Shown piece by piece: positions 8,634 to 17,223 of a stretch of 64,000 nucleotides of DNA (the stretch's first letter is position 1; every line of letters starts with the position of its first letter). The notes beneath the pieces are model-generated. The model made no database searches, was not told the origin of the DNA, and was given only the letters and a program-made list of their open reading frames with translations. The stretch covers positions 1 to 64,000 of IMG/VR virus record IMGVR_UViG_3300031552_000001; one strand, given 5' to 3'. Both the position numbers and the translations under genes were made by a program. Source of the stretch: a virus.

Positions 8634-8824
8634 CTATTTGCCTAACAGTCACCGTATAGAATTACAGCACTGTAACTGTTCTGCGAGGTTCCTCAATAAT
8701 GAGGGCCTTGCAGAGCTATTAAAGCCCCGACAATTCGGACGCCACGTGGGCGTCGGGCGCACACGCATAATGCGTGACCAAGTCCGATCAACACGGGCAA
8801 AAGACCCGCGAAGGAGAAATCATT

Positions 8825-9817
8825 ATGTTGGTACACGTACACGTAGATCATGCAGAAGCAATGAAGGCCGGTAAAGTTAGTGCTGGATACTTCGGGGTTA
8901 CGCTCACCGAAAGCGACATAGCACAACTCTCGATCGATGAAAGAGAAGAGCTGGCGAAATCTGAAAACATCGGCATATCAGATCCACCGCATCACGCGAT
9001 CGGGAAGGCGGTAAAAATAGGGATGTTTGTCTACCAAGACATTCCGATCCCAGATTCATCGATATGGTCGATCAAGAAATCACTCCGCTACAGGATCGAG
9101 CTAAGAAATAAGCTCGAGCAAGAAGAAAAAGAAGACCAATTAAAGGTAAAGGTCCAGCACGAAAAACGGTGCGCTGACTCTCTGGATTTCGCGAAGAAGT
9201 TTCTCGCTGCGTCGATTGGCGAGCAAATGTCTAGAACGTACTTCGAAGACGACGCTGCGAGTATTAGAGATGGCAAGATTTTGATTCGCGACAGTGATTG
9301 CTCGGTGGATCTTCTCCCCGACGACATCCGAGACGAATACACGGCCGCGCTCGACGAAACCATAGCGCTGGTCGCAAAGAGGACAGAAGAGCGAGCTAGG
9401 AAGTACACCGAAAGAAAGATTGCGCTGGAAAATGCAGAGAGAGAAGCTAAGGAAAAATACAACGCTGAACGGGCCGCATGGATCGCGGATCACGGGAGCA
9501 AACGGCTAAAGATGTTAGCTGCAGAAGGTATCCGACACAATGCGACGTACATCGAGGAGCGCATGGCCATCGAGCGACCAGGGTGGGAGCGATATGTTGA
9601 CATCTGTGGGGTGCACAAAGAGATTCGTGACGCGACGGAGGAGCAGCTAGACGCACTCACACAGGCTCGCGTTACCGATCCCCTTGCATATCTCTGCTGG
9701 ATTGCAGATGGCGGCCATCTTGAAGGATGCGTCCATAACACAAAGTGTGAAGAATTCATTCCAGGGCCAGCTCTTGCTTCCAACTTCCTCAAAGACATGA
9801 TCATCAAACGGATCTGA
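8825..9817 (+). CDS. hypothetical coiled-coil protein
   Basis: Long ORF (from 8774); AAGGAG SD before ATG 8825. Confidence 0.65.
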   Translation: MLVHVHVDHAEAMKAGKVSAGYFGVTLTESDIAQLSIDEREELAKSENIGISDPPHHAIGKAVKIGMFVYQDIPIPDSSIWSIKKSLRYRIELRNKLEQEEKEDQLKVKVQHEKRCADSLDFAKKFLAASIGEQMSRTYFEDDAASIRDGKILIRDSDCSVDLLPDDIRDEYTAALDETIALVAKRTEERARKYTERKIALENAEREAKEKYNAERAAWIADHGSKRLKMLAAEGIRHNATYIEERMAIERPGWERYVDICGVHKEIRDATEEQLDALTQARVTDPLAYLCWIADGGHLEGCVHNTKCEEFIPGPALASNFLKDMIIKRI

Positions 9818-9965
9818 ACACTCCCATCAAGGGACTCAGCCACCAGACGATACAGTTCTGACAATTACCTCTATGGAAGTGCCATAAGAGTTATGTAGAA
9901 CTGCGATTTTATACATTGGCAGGTGTCATTAAGACGCCTGACGAAGTCAAACCAGGAGTAGGGCT

Positions 9966-10325
9966 GTGGACAACAAGGAAATGAGAGCATTCGTTAACAG
10001 CGTCTTGTCTTGTTTTTCTGAGGAAGAGCTTGAGGCCGCTATGAAGGAGACTGACGACGAAAAGAGGTTAGATTTTTTCGTCAAGGGAGTAAACGCGTGG
10101 GTCACTAAACGTCTACAGGCGCTATTTCCTTGGGTAGAGCGCGTTGAAGTAGATAAGGTTTCCGGTGCCATAACAGTAGAGCACTCTTATCCAGAAGGGG
10201 TGAATATATCCTCTTATGTACGAGAGATTCTAGGAGAAAAACTACCGCAGGGCATACCCGTAGATATACGAGACGTAAGAGTGGCATCGTCCCACTTGAG
10301 CGAAAAAGTTGAGGAGGTTCCATGA
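9966..10325 (+). CDS. hypothetical protein, translationally coupled to the Cas12m-like gene
   Basis: AGGAG SD; ATGA overlap at 10322-10325. Confidence 0.6.
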   Translation: MDNKEMRAFVNSVLSCFSEEELEAAMKETDDEKRLDFFVKGVNAWVTKRLQALFPWVERVEVDKVSGAITVEHSYPEGVNISSYVREILGEKLPQGIPVDIRDVRVASSHLSEKVEEVP

Positions 10326-11818
10326 AAAGGAAGACCAGCTCTTTACCTAGCCGGACATATCGGTACCATGTGCGCTTGGACCGAAATGATGAAGCTGTAT
10401 TCGACCGGATAGGTGCCCAATGCAAGGAGTACTACGCTGCGTTGGTGAACATAGAGAACCAAAGAAGAGCCGCTACAGAAGAGTTCCTCATCCTCAAGTA
10501 CCCGACCTTTGCTTCTTTGAGGGAGGAAATGAGCGAGTTAGAGAAAAGAGTCAAGGAAAAGGGAGTAAGAAAAGCCCTTTTCGAAGTAGGGAAGTCTTTC
10601 TCCAAAATGCTAAAAGAGCTGGTGGCCAAAGAAGCGGAGAGTCTGAAGAAGTTCACTGCGGAAGCGGTTAGACAGAAGAAGATTATAAGGGCTAGGCTTT
10701 CTGGAGAAGGACTACCCTGGGGCTCGTATAGCAAAGTAGAAATGGCTTTTTTCGCTGCGTGTAGGAAAGGCGGAGCATTAACGTGTCGCGAGAAGGAAAC
10801 GGGAGAGTCTATTGCTGTTCAAATTCAATGTACCAAACCATGCACGGTAGACGGGCTACGGTCTGACAGAAGAATACAGATTTCTACGCCGCCAACTTCC
10901 GTTTGGAGTCTTAGCTGGGGAGAAAGGAAAAGAGCAGCAAGGACAGTAGGTAAAATAAGAATAGGAACACAACGACCAGGTAGAGAGCCTGTGTGGTTTC
11001 ATTTCGCGGTTACCTACCACAGACCTTTACCTGAAGACGCCACCTTAAAGTGGGCGTGGATAGGGAGATCTCCGAGGCATGGAAGAAGCACCTATCGGCG
11101 CTGTGTAGATAATAAAGAACGCTGGCGTAAAAGATACGAGTACTACCTTTACTTAACAGTAGAGTCTTCAGCGTTCATTTCTCCACTCAGAGCCCCCACA
11201 GGAAAAACAGCGGCAATAGACGTAGACGTAGAGGTAGAGAGCCATAAGGACGGCCGCCTATCCATAGGGGAGCTTACAGATAGTAATGAAAGAAGAGAGT
11301 CGATCTTCTTCAGTGAGCACCTCCTGAATAGATTTCAGAAGTGTGATGAGTTGCAGTCCATTCGGGACAAAAACCACAATAGACTTGTAGAAGATCTACG
11401 AGAAGTCGAAGAACTGCTCACAGCAGGGTTCAGAAAGTACCTACTGGGAGAAGAACATAGAATAAGCCATCTTCATCACCTAATAACCTATGAAACTTTG
11501 GAGAATAAGGAGCTTTCTGAGAAGCTGCACAAGTGGGCAAAACAAGACCGCCATTTGAACGCATGGAAGTCTGAACAACGGGCTAAGACCCTAAGACAGA
11601 GAAGAGAAAAATGGCAGTTGCTGGCTATCGAGTTGGCAGACTACTACGACGAGATAACTATAAGCGCTCCCGCCTCACTGACCGTAAGAGGGCACTGGGA
11701 TGGTAACTTTCAAAAGAAGTGTGCCGCTGCTGGAGAGTTTATAGACGTTCTTTCCTACCAAGCGTCGAAGAGAGGCTGCAAGATAGTAAAGGTGAAAAAG
11801 AATGTCACTGAAGGGTAA
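10322..11818 (+). CDS. Cas12m (type V-M/V-U1)/TnpB-like RNA-guided DNA-binding protein, predicted nuclease-dead, lacking the C-terminal Zn finger and RuvC-III
   Basis: Colinear motifs recalled from Cas12m: YYAALVNIENQRR, LPWGSYSKV, SIAVQIQ, PVWFHFAVTYHRPLPEDA, RuvC-I AAIDVD, DELQSIRD, WAKQDRHL...RAKTLRQRREKW, RuvC-II region ITISA without Glu, AAAGEF. Confidence 0.7.
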   Translation: MKRKTSSLPSRTYRYHVRLDRNDEAVFDRIGAQCKEYYAALVNIENQRRAATEEFLILKYPTFASLREEMSELEKRVKEKGVRKALFEVGKSFSKMLKELVAKEAESLKKFTAEAVRQKKIIRARLSGEGLPWGSYSKVEMAFFAACRKGGALTCREKETGESIAVQIQCTKPCTVDGLRSDRRIQISTPPTSVWSLSWGERKRAARTVGKIRIGTQRPGREPVWFHFAVTYHRPLPEDATLKWAWIGRSPRHGRSTYRRCVDNKERWRKRYEYYLYLTVESSAFISPLRAPTGKTAAIDVDVEVESHKDGRLSIGELTDSNERRESIFFSEHLLNRFQKCDELQSIRDKNHNRLVEDLREVEELLTAGFRKYLLGEEHRISHLHHLITYETLENKELSEKLHKWAKQDRHLNAWKSEQRAKTLRQRREKWQLLAIELADYYDEITISAPASLTVRGHWDGNFQKKCAAAGEFIDVLSYQASKRGCKIVKVKKNVTEG

Positions 11819-12092
11819 ACTACAATGTTGGTGGAAGAGAAGTCACGTAATAACAGAAGATATGACCACACAATCGCCGGTTCTATGCAAACGATGTGGG
11901 GTGAAGATTTATTACAAAAAGGAAGTGGTGCACCTGTTGCTTAAAGGAAAGCAATCAGCATGTGGCCTCACTACGGACGCTCTTCTTTCATGGCCTAAAG
12001 GGCATTGCTGGGTCGGCAAGTCTCAATGGGGGTATACTGAAGGATGCCTGCAATGTCCAAAGTGTGAAGAAGTTTACCGTAGTTCTAAATGA
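11802..12092 (+). CDS. small Zn-finger protein; possibly the detached C-terminal Zn-finger module of the Cas12m-like protein
   Basis: 17-nt overlap with the upstream gene in the +1 frame; CWWKRSH...SPVLCKRCGVKIY. Confidence 0.55.
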   Translation: MSLKGKLQCWWKRSHVITEDMTTQSPVLCKRCGVKIYYKKEVVHLLLKGKQSACGLTTDALLSWPKGHCWVGKSQWGYTEGCLQCPKCEEVYRSSK

Positions 12093-12108
12093 CCAGACTC
12101 TCATTCGG

Positions 12109-12147
12109 AGGGGACTATATTAAACTCTACCTTTAATATAGTCCCCT
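12109..12147. terminator. 16-bp perfect hairpin after the Cas12m-like operon (terminator or RNA scaffold)
   Basis: AGGGGACTATATTAAA-CTCTACC-TTTAATATAGTCCCCT followed by TCTTT. Confidence 0.55.
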
Positions 12148-12233
12148 TCTTTGCGCCATACTAACCCTACGTTTAATAAGAGGGCGAAAGTTTGTGCACC
12201 TAAACACTAGACAAGTATTTCAGGAGGTGGAAA

Positions 12234-12836
12234 ATGTGTAAACGGGGGTCAAAGAGGGCACTTGAGATAAAAATCCCTAGCTATAGATCTCAAACCCACA
12301 AGGCTTACATACAGAAAATTAACGTAGATTCCTGCCTCTACTGGGTAGTGAAAGCCCTAAACGAAATAGGGGTAAATACTACATATTCATGCTGCGGCCA
12401 CGGTGAGGGGTTGGGAAAGATATCCCTAGAGGACGGGCGACATCTTCTAATAACACCCGATTCTCAAGCCGCAAAAGAAATGGAGATGGCTTACGCGCCT
12501 CGCTGTGCTAGCGACAAAAAGTTAAAGCCTTCAAAGAAACAGGGTAATGCTAGGCGAGGCGTGAAATCAAAATGGCAAGGCTTGCATTCCTACCGTTACT
12601 CCAAAAGTCCTCTTGAATTAAAATTTGCCAAAGCATGGCAAAGCTACAACGAGAAACCGCACTCTGAAGGAATGCTAGACGCTCTGTTGGAAAGAGGCAC
12701 ACTTCCAAACGACTCTCCCCCTCTCACTGCTAAAACGGCAGCCAATACTATTATCCAATGGCTGGGAAGCCAGGCGGGTCAAGGCTTCCTGAGAGATGTA
12801 ATGAACGAGCAGAAGGGCACCAATGAGTTACCCTAA
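12234..12836 (+). CDS. hypothetical protein
   Basis: AGGAGGT SD; TTYSCCGH motif. Confidence 0.6.
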   Translation: MCKRGSKRALEIKIPSYRSQTHKAYIQKINVDSCLYWVVKALNEIGVNTTYSCCGHGEGLGKISLEDGRHLLITPDSQAAKEMEMAYAPRCASDKKLKPSKKQGNARRGVKSKWQGLHSYRYSKSPLELKFAKAWQSYNEKPHSEGMLDALLERGTLPNDSPPLTAKTAANTIIQWLGSQAGQGFLRDVMNEQKGTNELP

Positions 12837-13572
12837 AAGAGATACACCGAATCTTCAAAATTGCCCTCCTCCAGTTACCGACAGTTCTGTAAGAGAATCA
12901 TTTGCAAAAGATAAGGTATTGGACCTGAATTACGAGACTGTTGAAGAAAGGCTTACCGCCATGTTCGAACTGAAAAGTGAACATGGTGGCAAAAGGATCG
13001 GATGTTGCGACAAAGAGCAATGGGAGTTCGGCGGGCATGTTACGCTTGGAAGGCTGTGGACTTCTATATTCGTTTGTCTGAGTTGTAAGAAGGTAGCGTT
13101 TGTGGTGCTTCTCAAAGAAGCCTTTTACCGCACAGAAGACATAGGGTACGGTCTAGCGCTGTTTGGAACAATCTATGAAGAAGGAAAGATACAATTCGAA
13201 CTAGGGTATCGTGCAGTAAGAGTGGCAAACGGAACATTAGAGCGTATTACTGTATCTGACATAGCCGCTTCTATGCTTCCCACTTTAAAAAATCATGTGG
13301 AAAGTGAGTTAGCATTAGGGCTTTTGCAGCTCATATCTAGAAGACAACTTCAGTTTTCTGATTTCTGTAATAGCCCTCTGTTCCCTCTAAGGGACCTAAA
13401 GACCAAATGCAAAGAATCTGGGTGCGACGGCGTAGTTGTCGTTTCCAGAGACCCTGCTAATCTCACGCTTAATGTAGATATGATTTACTGTATTAAATGC
13501 GGAAAGAGGTACGTCTTAGATACCCAAGGGTTGACAGGAAAGGAGCTCGAACAAAAGCTCTACGGATTATGA
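12823..13572 (+). CDS. hypothetical Cys-rich protein
   Basis: 249-aa ORF with CxxC pairs. Confidence 0.6.
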   Translation: MSYPKRDTPNLQNCPPPVTDSSVRESFAKDKVLDLNYETVEERLTAMFELKSEHGGKRIGCCDKEQWEFGGHVTLGRLWTSIFVCLSCKKVAFVVLLKEAFYRTEDIGYGLALFGTIYEEGKIQFELGYRAVRVANGTLERITVSDIAASMLPTLKNHVESELALGLLQLISRRQLQFSDFCNSPLFPLRDLKTKCKESGCDGVVVVSRDPANLTLNVDMIYCIKCGKRYVLDTQGLTGKELEQKLYGL

Positions 13573-13830
13573 CAAAATGAGATATTTTGTTGTTATAAGA
13601 ACTTAGGAAAAGAATGTCAGTATTCTCTAATCTGCACGTTAGGAAAAGCTGGCATTCTGTGTGGTGTAGATGGCAATGGGGTCCTCTACACAAAGGTCCC
13701 TCGGTCTTCCTCACGTAAGACCGGGGGACTTACTCCCGCCTCCCCATACTAGCTTGTCATCTAAAGATCTCAGATAGCTGATAGTTCATAACCACTTTCT
13801 GATGCCCTTAGATGGGCCAAGGAGAACCCC

Positions 13831-14493
13831 ATGCAGTACTGCCCCACACACCGTCCCCATTTCACTTGTGTAGAAGAAGAAAAAGCGTATTTCCAAGCAA
13901 TCATTGAAGAGATACTTTGTCACTGCGCCGAAAAGAATGTGCGCGTACCTGAGATGCCAATCAAGCATGATGGCACCGGATTGTGGATCCATGTAAGAGA
14001 CGTTATCGGGTACCTCAACGCTCTAGGAGGCAAAGACTTCACAAGCCATCTCAGGTCGCTTGATGAGCGAGCAAGGAAAAGCAAAGCCGCATGGGAGAAA
14101 TGGGCTACTGTCCATTCTTCCGCAACGGTGAGGCGAGAGATTGAGGATTGCGCCCCCATAAGCTGGTCCAAAGTCCATTCAGACTTTCTGAAATGGTTAT
14201 GTCCAGCCGGTGAAGGGCTATCCACAAGACAAATCTTTCCGGCACCTCGCAATCATGAAAGATGCTCTGTGTACGACAACTACACAATTGGACTTCACGG
14301 AGTAATCAAGGCTCTAGTATCCTGCGCAGAACTGCCAGAAGAAACAACTGCCTCTGTTTCCGAACCCGTCACCTTTTCTTGCGAAGAGGACGGGGGTGTT
14401 ATCAAAAGAATTGGTGTGCGCGTGGTTGTGAAAGCCCCCCACCTGCTCGAGAACCTGGAAGCGGCTTACGTGATTTTGAACAATAGGCGCTAA
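13831..14493 (+). CDS. hypothetical protein
   Basis: 220-aa ORF with AAGGAG SD. Confidence 0.6.
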   Translation: MQYCPTHRPHFTCVEEEKAYFQAIIEEILCHCAEKNVRVPEMPIKHDGTGLWIHVRDVIGYLNALGGKDFTSHLRSLDERARKSKAAWEKWATVHSSATVRREIEDCAPISWSKVHSDFLKWLCPAGEGLSTRQIFPAPRNHERCSVYDNYTIGLHGVIKALVSCAELPEETTASVSEPVTFSCEEDGGVIKRIGVRVVVKAPHLLENLEAAYVILNNRR

Positions 14494-14617
14494 ACAAGCG
14501 GCTCGGACAAAAGCACTAGAGCAGTCTAGTACCGTTCCTACATGCAACTCACACAGCTCACATTGCTTCTCGTTTCGGGAGGCTCTGCATTCGTGTGTGA
14601 ATTCAAGGAGAACTTAG

Positions 14618-15034
14618 ATGGCAGTTCACTCTTTTCAACCAAGCGTCGAAGCAGCTCGCAAGGCGGCCTTAGAAAAGGCGTTCAGACTGGAAAAGACAGG
14701 GTATCAAATCCGCCCAAGAGAATTGGACCTTCTTCACTATGACTCGTCAACAAACGAGTCGTACAAAATAATATGGGAGGAGAAAATAAAATACTCTGAG
14801 AAAGAAGAACGGCGGATAGGGGTGGAGGAAAAGAAAGCGAACGGTTCCGCTCAGTTTCGCGCCATTGCCACAACCTGTGACGAATGTGACGTGGACCCTG
14901 AGTGGCGTGTGCGGTCAGACTGGAAGCAAACCTACGAAGAAGCCCTCAAGTTCGCTCGCAGAGTCAGTGGAGAAGGGGAAGCCTACGCAAAGAAAAAAGG
15001 CTATACCACTCCGAAAGATTTGGTAGCTAAATAG
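14618..15034 (+). CDS. hypothetical protein
   Basis: 138-aa ORF with AAGGAG SD. Confidence 0.6.
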   Translation: MAVHSFQPSVEAARKAALEKAFRLEKTGYQIRPRELDLLHYDSSTNESYKIIWEEKIKYSEKEERRIGVEEKKANGSAQFRAIATTCDECDVDPEWRVRSDWKQTYEEALKFARRVSGEGEAYAKKKGYTTPKDLVAK

Positions 15035-15039
15035 GACAA

Positions 15040-15085
15040 ATAAACAAAGGCGTTGAAGGGTTAAACCCTCGGCGCTTTTGTTTAT
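15040..15085. terminator. bidirectional intrinsic terminator-like hairpin
   Basis: ATAAACAAAGGCGTTGAAGGGT-TAA-ACCCTCGGCGCTTTTGTTTAT right after a stop codon. Confidence 0.65.
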
Positions 15086-15236
15086 CTATCTACGGGTTAT
15101 TTGCAGCTAACGAAAGTACGAACTGTTCATACTTCCTTATATAAATTCTCTGGCCAAGAAGGTTTAAACGGGAAAAGCCTCTGTAGGAAACCCAGATACT
15201 TGTACGGCACAGAGAGCTCTACACAAAGGTATACCA

Positions 15237-15929
15237 ATGAAGCATCTTGATGAATTAAAACGGTTCTATCGTCAGCTAGACGGGAAAGTAAAATACACAC
15301 TCAAGAGGGAGAAAATAAAAATCTCATGTAAACCAAAGTGCAATCACTGCTGCTCTCTGCTAACTACCATCCATGCGTTAGAAGGTGTCTTCCTAGCGCG
15401 CGAAGTGCTGCGACGAAAGGATTGGTGGTCTATCGCTAAAAAGGCCAGAGTGGCCGCTGTAAAGGGAGAAGAGGTAGGGGCTAGCAGAAGAGAGTACTTC
15501 AACGCAGGTATTCCATGCCCTCTTCTCGGAGAAACAGGCCTTTGCAGCCTTTATCAAAGCAGGCCGGCTGCATGCCGGCTGCACATGGTAGTTTCTGAAC
15601 CAGACCTTTGTAGCCCATCTAACCAAAATGCAACAACATGCGCCGTAAACACCTCTACATACCTGGCATTGTTTCTGAAGAGATGTATCGAGATTTCTGG
15701 AATCGAGATGGTAGTAGCGCCTTTACCCCTCATGTTGTTGTTTTGTATGGAGAGAGGAGCAACAAAAGAAAATAGTAAGGAACTTCTACCGCTGATTGAA
15801 GGGCTGCCCACCCCCATTCAATGGGCTATGCGTGCCGCTTCCAATGACGATTGGGGGAAGGAGTTGAGTACGTCAGAGCAAAACGCTATGCGGGCAGCTT
15901 ACCTACAAGTATTCAAAGATGGGGTGTAG
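15237..15929 (+). CDS. YkgJ-family cysteine-cluster (Fe-S/Zn-chelating) protein
   Basis: CKPKCNHCC...CPLL...CSLYQSRPAACR. Confidence 0.85.
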   Translation: MKHLDELKRFYRQLDGKVKYTLKREKIKISCKPKCNHCCSLLTTIHALEGVFLAREVLRRKDWWSIAKKARVAAVKGEEVGASRREYFNAGIPCPLLGETGLCSLYQSRPAACRLHMVVSEPDLCSPSNQNATTCAVNTSTYLALFLKRCIEISGIEMVVAPLPLMLLFCMERGATKENSKELLPLIEGLPTPIQWAMRAASNDDWGKELSTSEQNAMRAAYLQVFKDGV

Positions 15930-15935
15930 CCTTTC

Positions 15936-16247
15936 CTAAAAATCAGACGGGTCGGGGCCGCGACCAGTAAGGTCTAGCAAAATCTCTAGAGCTAAGGCAC
16001 TAAGATCTGCGTAAGTAGCGTCTAGCCTTCCGTCTCTCCTCCATAAAGCTTTTACGGTAGGCGATAAAGACCGGCCGTCTTCTGAAGAAGGGCCGTCGTA
16101 CGTAAACGATAAGACACACTCGCTCAACGTTCCTTCTTTTGCGTGCTTCAGTGCAGCCTCTAGATATTCCACCATTTCTGGAGGAACCTTTTCTCCGGTA
16201 GGAAAGGGAACCACTTTTATAGATCCTTGTTTTTTGACCTTCTTCAT
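15936..16247 (-). CDS. hypothetical protein
   Basis: 103-aa ORF. Confidence 0.5.
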   Translation of the reverse strand: MKKVKKQGSIKVVPFPTGEKVPPEMVEYLEAALKHAKEGTLSECVLSFTYDGPSSEDGRSLSPTVKALWRRDGRLDATYADLSALALEILLDLTGRGPDPSDF

Positions 16248-16301
16248 TTTTTCTGTGTAACGTGCAGCCTAGTTTTTGGCAAGGCACTTAAGGGAGAGTT
16301 C

Positions 16302-16829
16302 ATGAGTTCTAAATGCAGCCCCGATTGCCCTGGGTGGGGAGTTTTCAATGATACAAATGAAATACAAAGATGTGAGTCGTGTGCGAGATTTGACAGCGAC
16401 GAGGAAGCAGTCTCCCATGTTCTGAAACTAGAGTGGCTAGACTCTTTGAGGGGACTAAACGAAACAGTAAAAGCTGCACTGGGCGGCCTACCTCCCTTGT
16501 TAAGAATCTTGGAAGAGAAGGCAAAAGAAAACGGGTCAGATAAGTCTCACTATTTATTTACTAGGGCTAAAGACTACTTATCTGAACTAGAAGAGGCTCA
16601 ACGCGTTAGCAAAAGTGATTCTCTAAGACTAGAGTTTGCTAGGATACTGTCCGCGCTCGAGCAGTCGGTGACAAATAAACAAATTAATCATTTGATAAGT
16701 ACATTGGGCATAGAAGTAACTCGTCTGCGCTCAAGGTTCATGCTGGCGAAAACTTTGGTTCGAAATTCCGCAGAAGGGATTACAGAAGAAGAAAAAATAC
16801 TAGCTTCAGAGGGCAATAAACGAGACTGA
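16302..16829 (+). CDS. hypothetical protein with N-terminal Cys cluster
   Basis: AAGGGAG SD; CSPDCPGW...CESC. Confidence 0.55.
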   Translation: MSSKCSPDCPGWGVFNDTNEIQRCESCARFDSDEEAVSHVLKLEWLDSLRGLNETVKAALGGLPPLLRILEEKAKENGSDKSHYLFTRAKDYLSELEEAQRVSKSDSLRLEFARILSALEQSVTNKQINHLISTLGIEVTRLRSRFMLAKTLVRNSAEGITEEEKILASEGNKRD

Positions 16830-16853
16830 AAACTGGCTTATAAACGGCGGCTC

Positions 16854-17183
16854 TTACGGGCCGCCTCGTCTCTTGCTTCTAGCTGCACTCGCGGCACTGA
16901 CTTTATTTAGCTCCTCTGCGGCTTGCTCTACTGTCCTAGACAGCCCGTTCAAAAGATCTTTTACGTCAGCTTGAAAGTGCTCCATGGACTCTGTACCTTG
17001 CTTTACGGATGCCGCAAAGTGCTTCATATGTTCCCCTACAACCTTGGATACAACCATAGATACTCTACCTTCCAACAGAGTAATCCTCCTTTCTACATCC
17101 GCCATGCGCTGGTCTAGGCTGATCACCTTATTTTCAATAAAGTCGTCTTCAGACGGGGTCAAAGTGGAACAATGATCAGACAT
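16854..17183 (-). CDS. coiled-coil hypothetical protein
   Basis: AGGAG SD; heptad-like sequence. Confidence 0.55.
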   Translation of the reverse strand: MSDHCSTLTPSEDDFIENKVISLDQRMADVERRITLLEGRVSMVVSKVVGEHMKHFAASVKQGTESMEHFQADVKDLLNGLSRTVEQAAEELNKVSAASAARSKRRGGP

Positions 17184-17223
17184 CTAAAGACTCCTAGTGA
17201 AAGTAGTAAGGGCTTGCCAATAT

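Noticed and set aside
11791-11810. Programmed -1 frameshift joining the Cas12m-like ORF to the Zn-finger ORF
   Set aside because: The downstream ORF is in the +1 frame; a -1 shift meets TGA within a few codons.
10322-12230. Active IS605/IS607 transposon
   Set aside because: No TnpA (Y1 or serine recombinase) nearby, RuvC residues are degenerate, and the gene is translationally coupled within a phage operon.
15195-15225. Another solitary array-type hairpin before the YkgJ gene (GTACGGC-ACAGAGA-GCTCTAC)
   Set aside because: The stem has a C.C mismatch, the loop does not end in AAG, and the purine-purine flank is missing; too weak.
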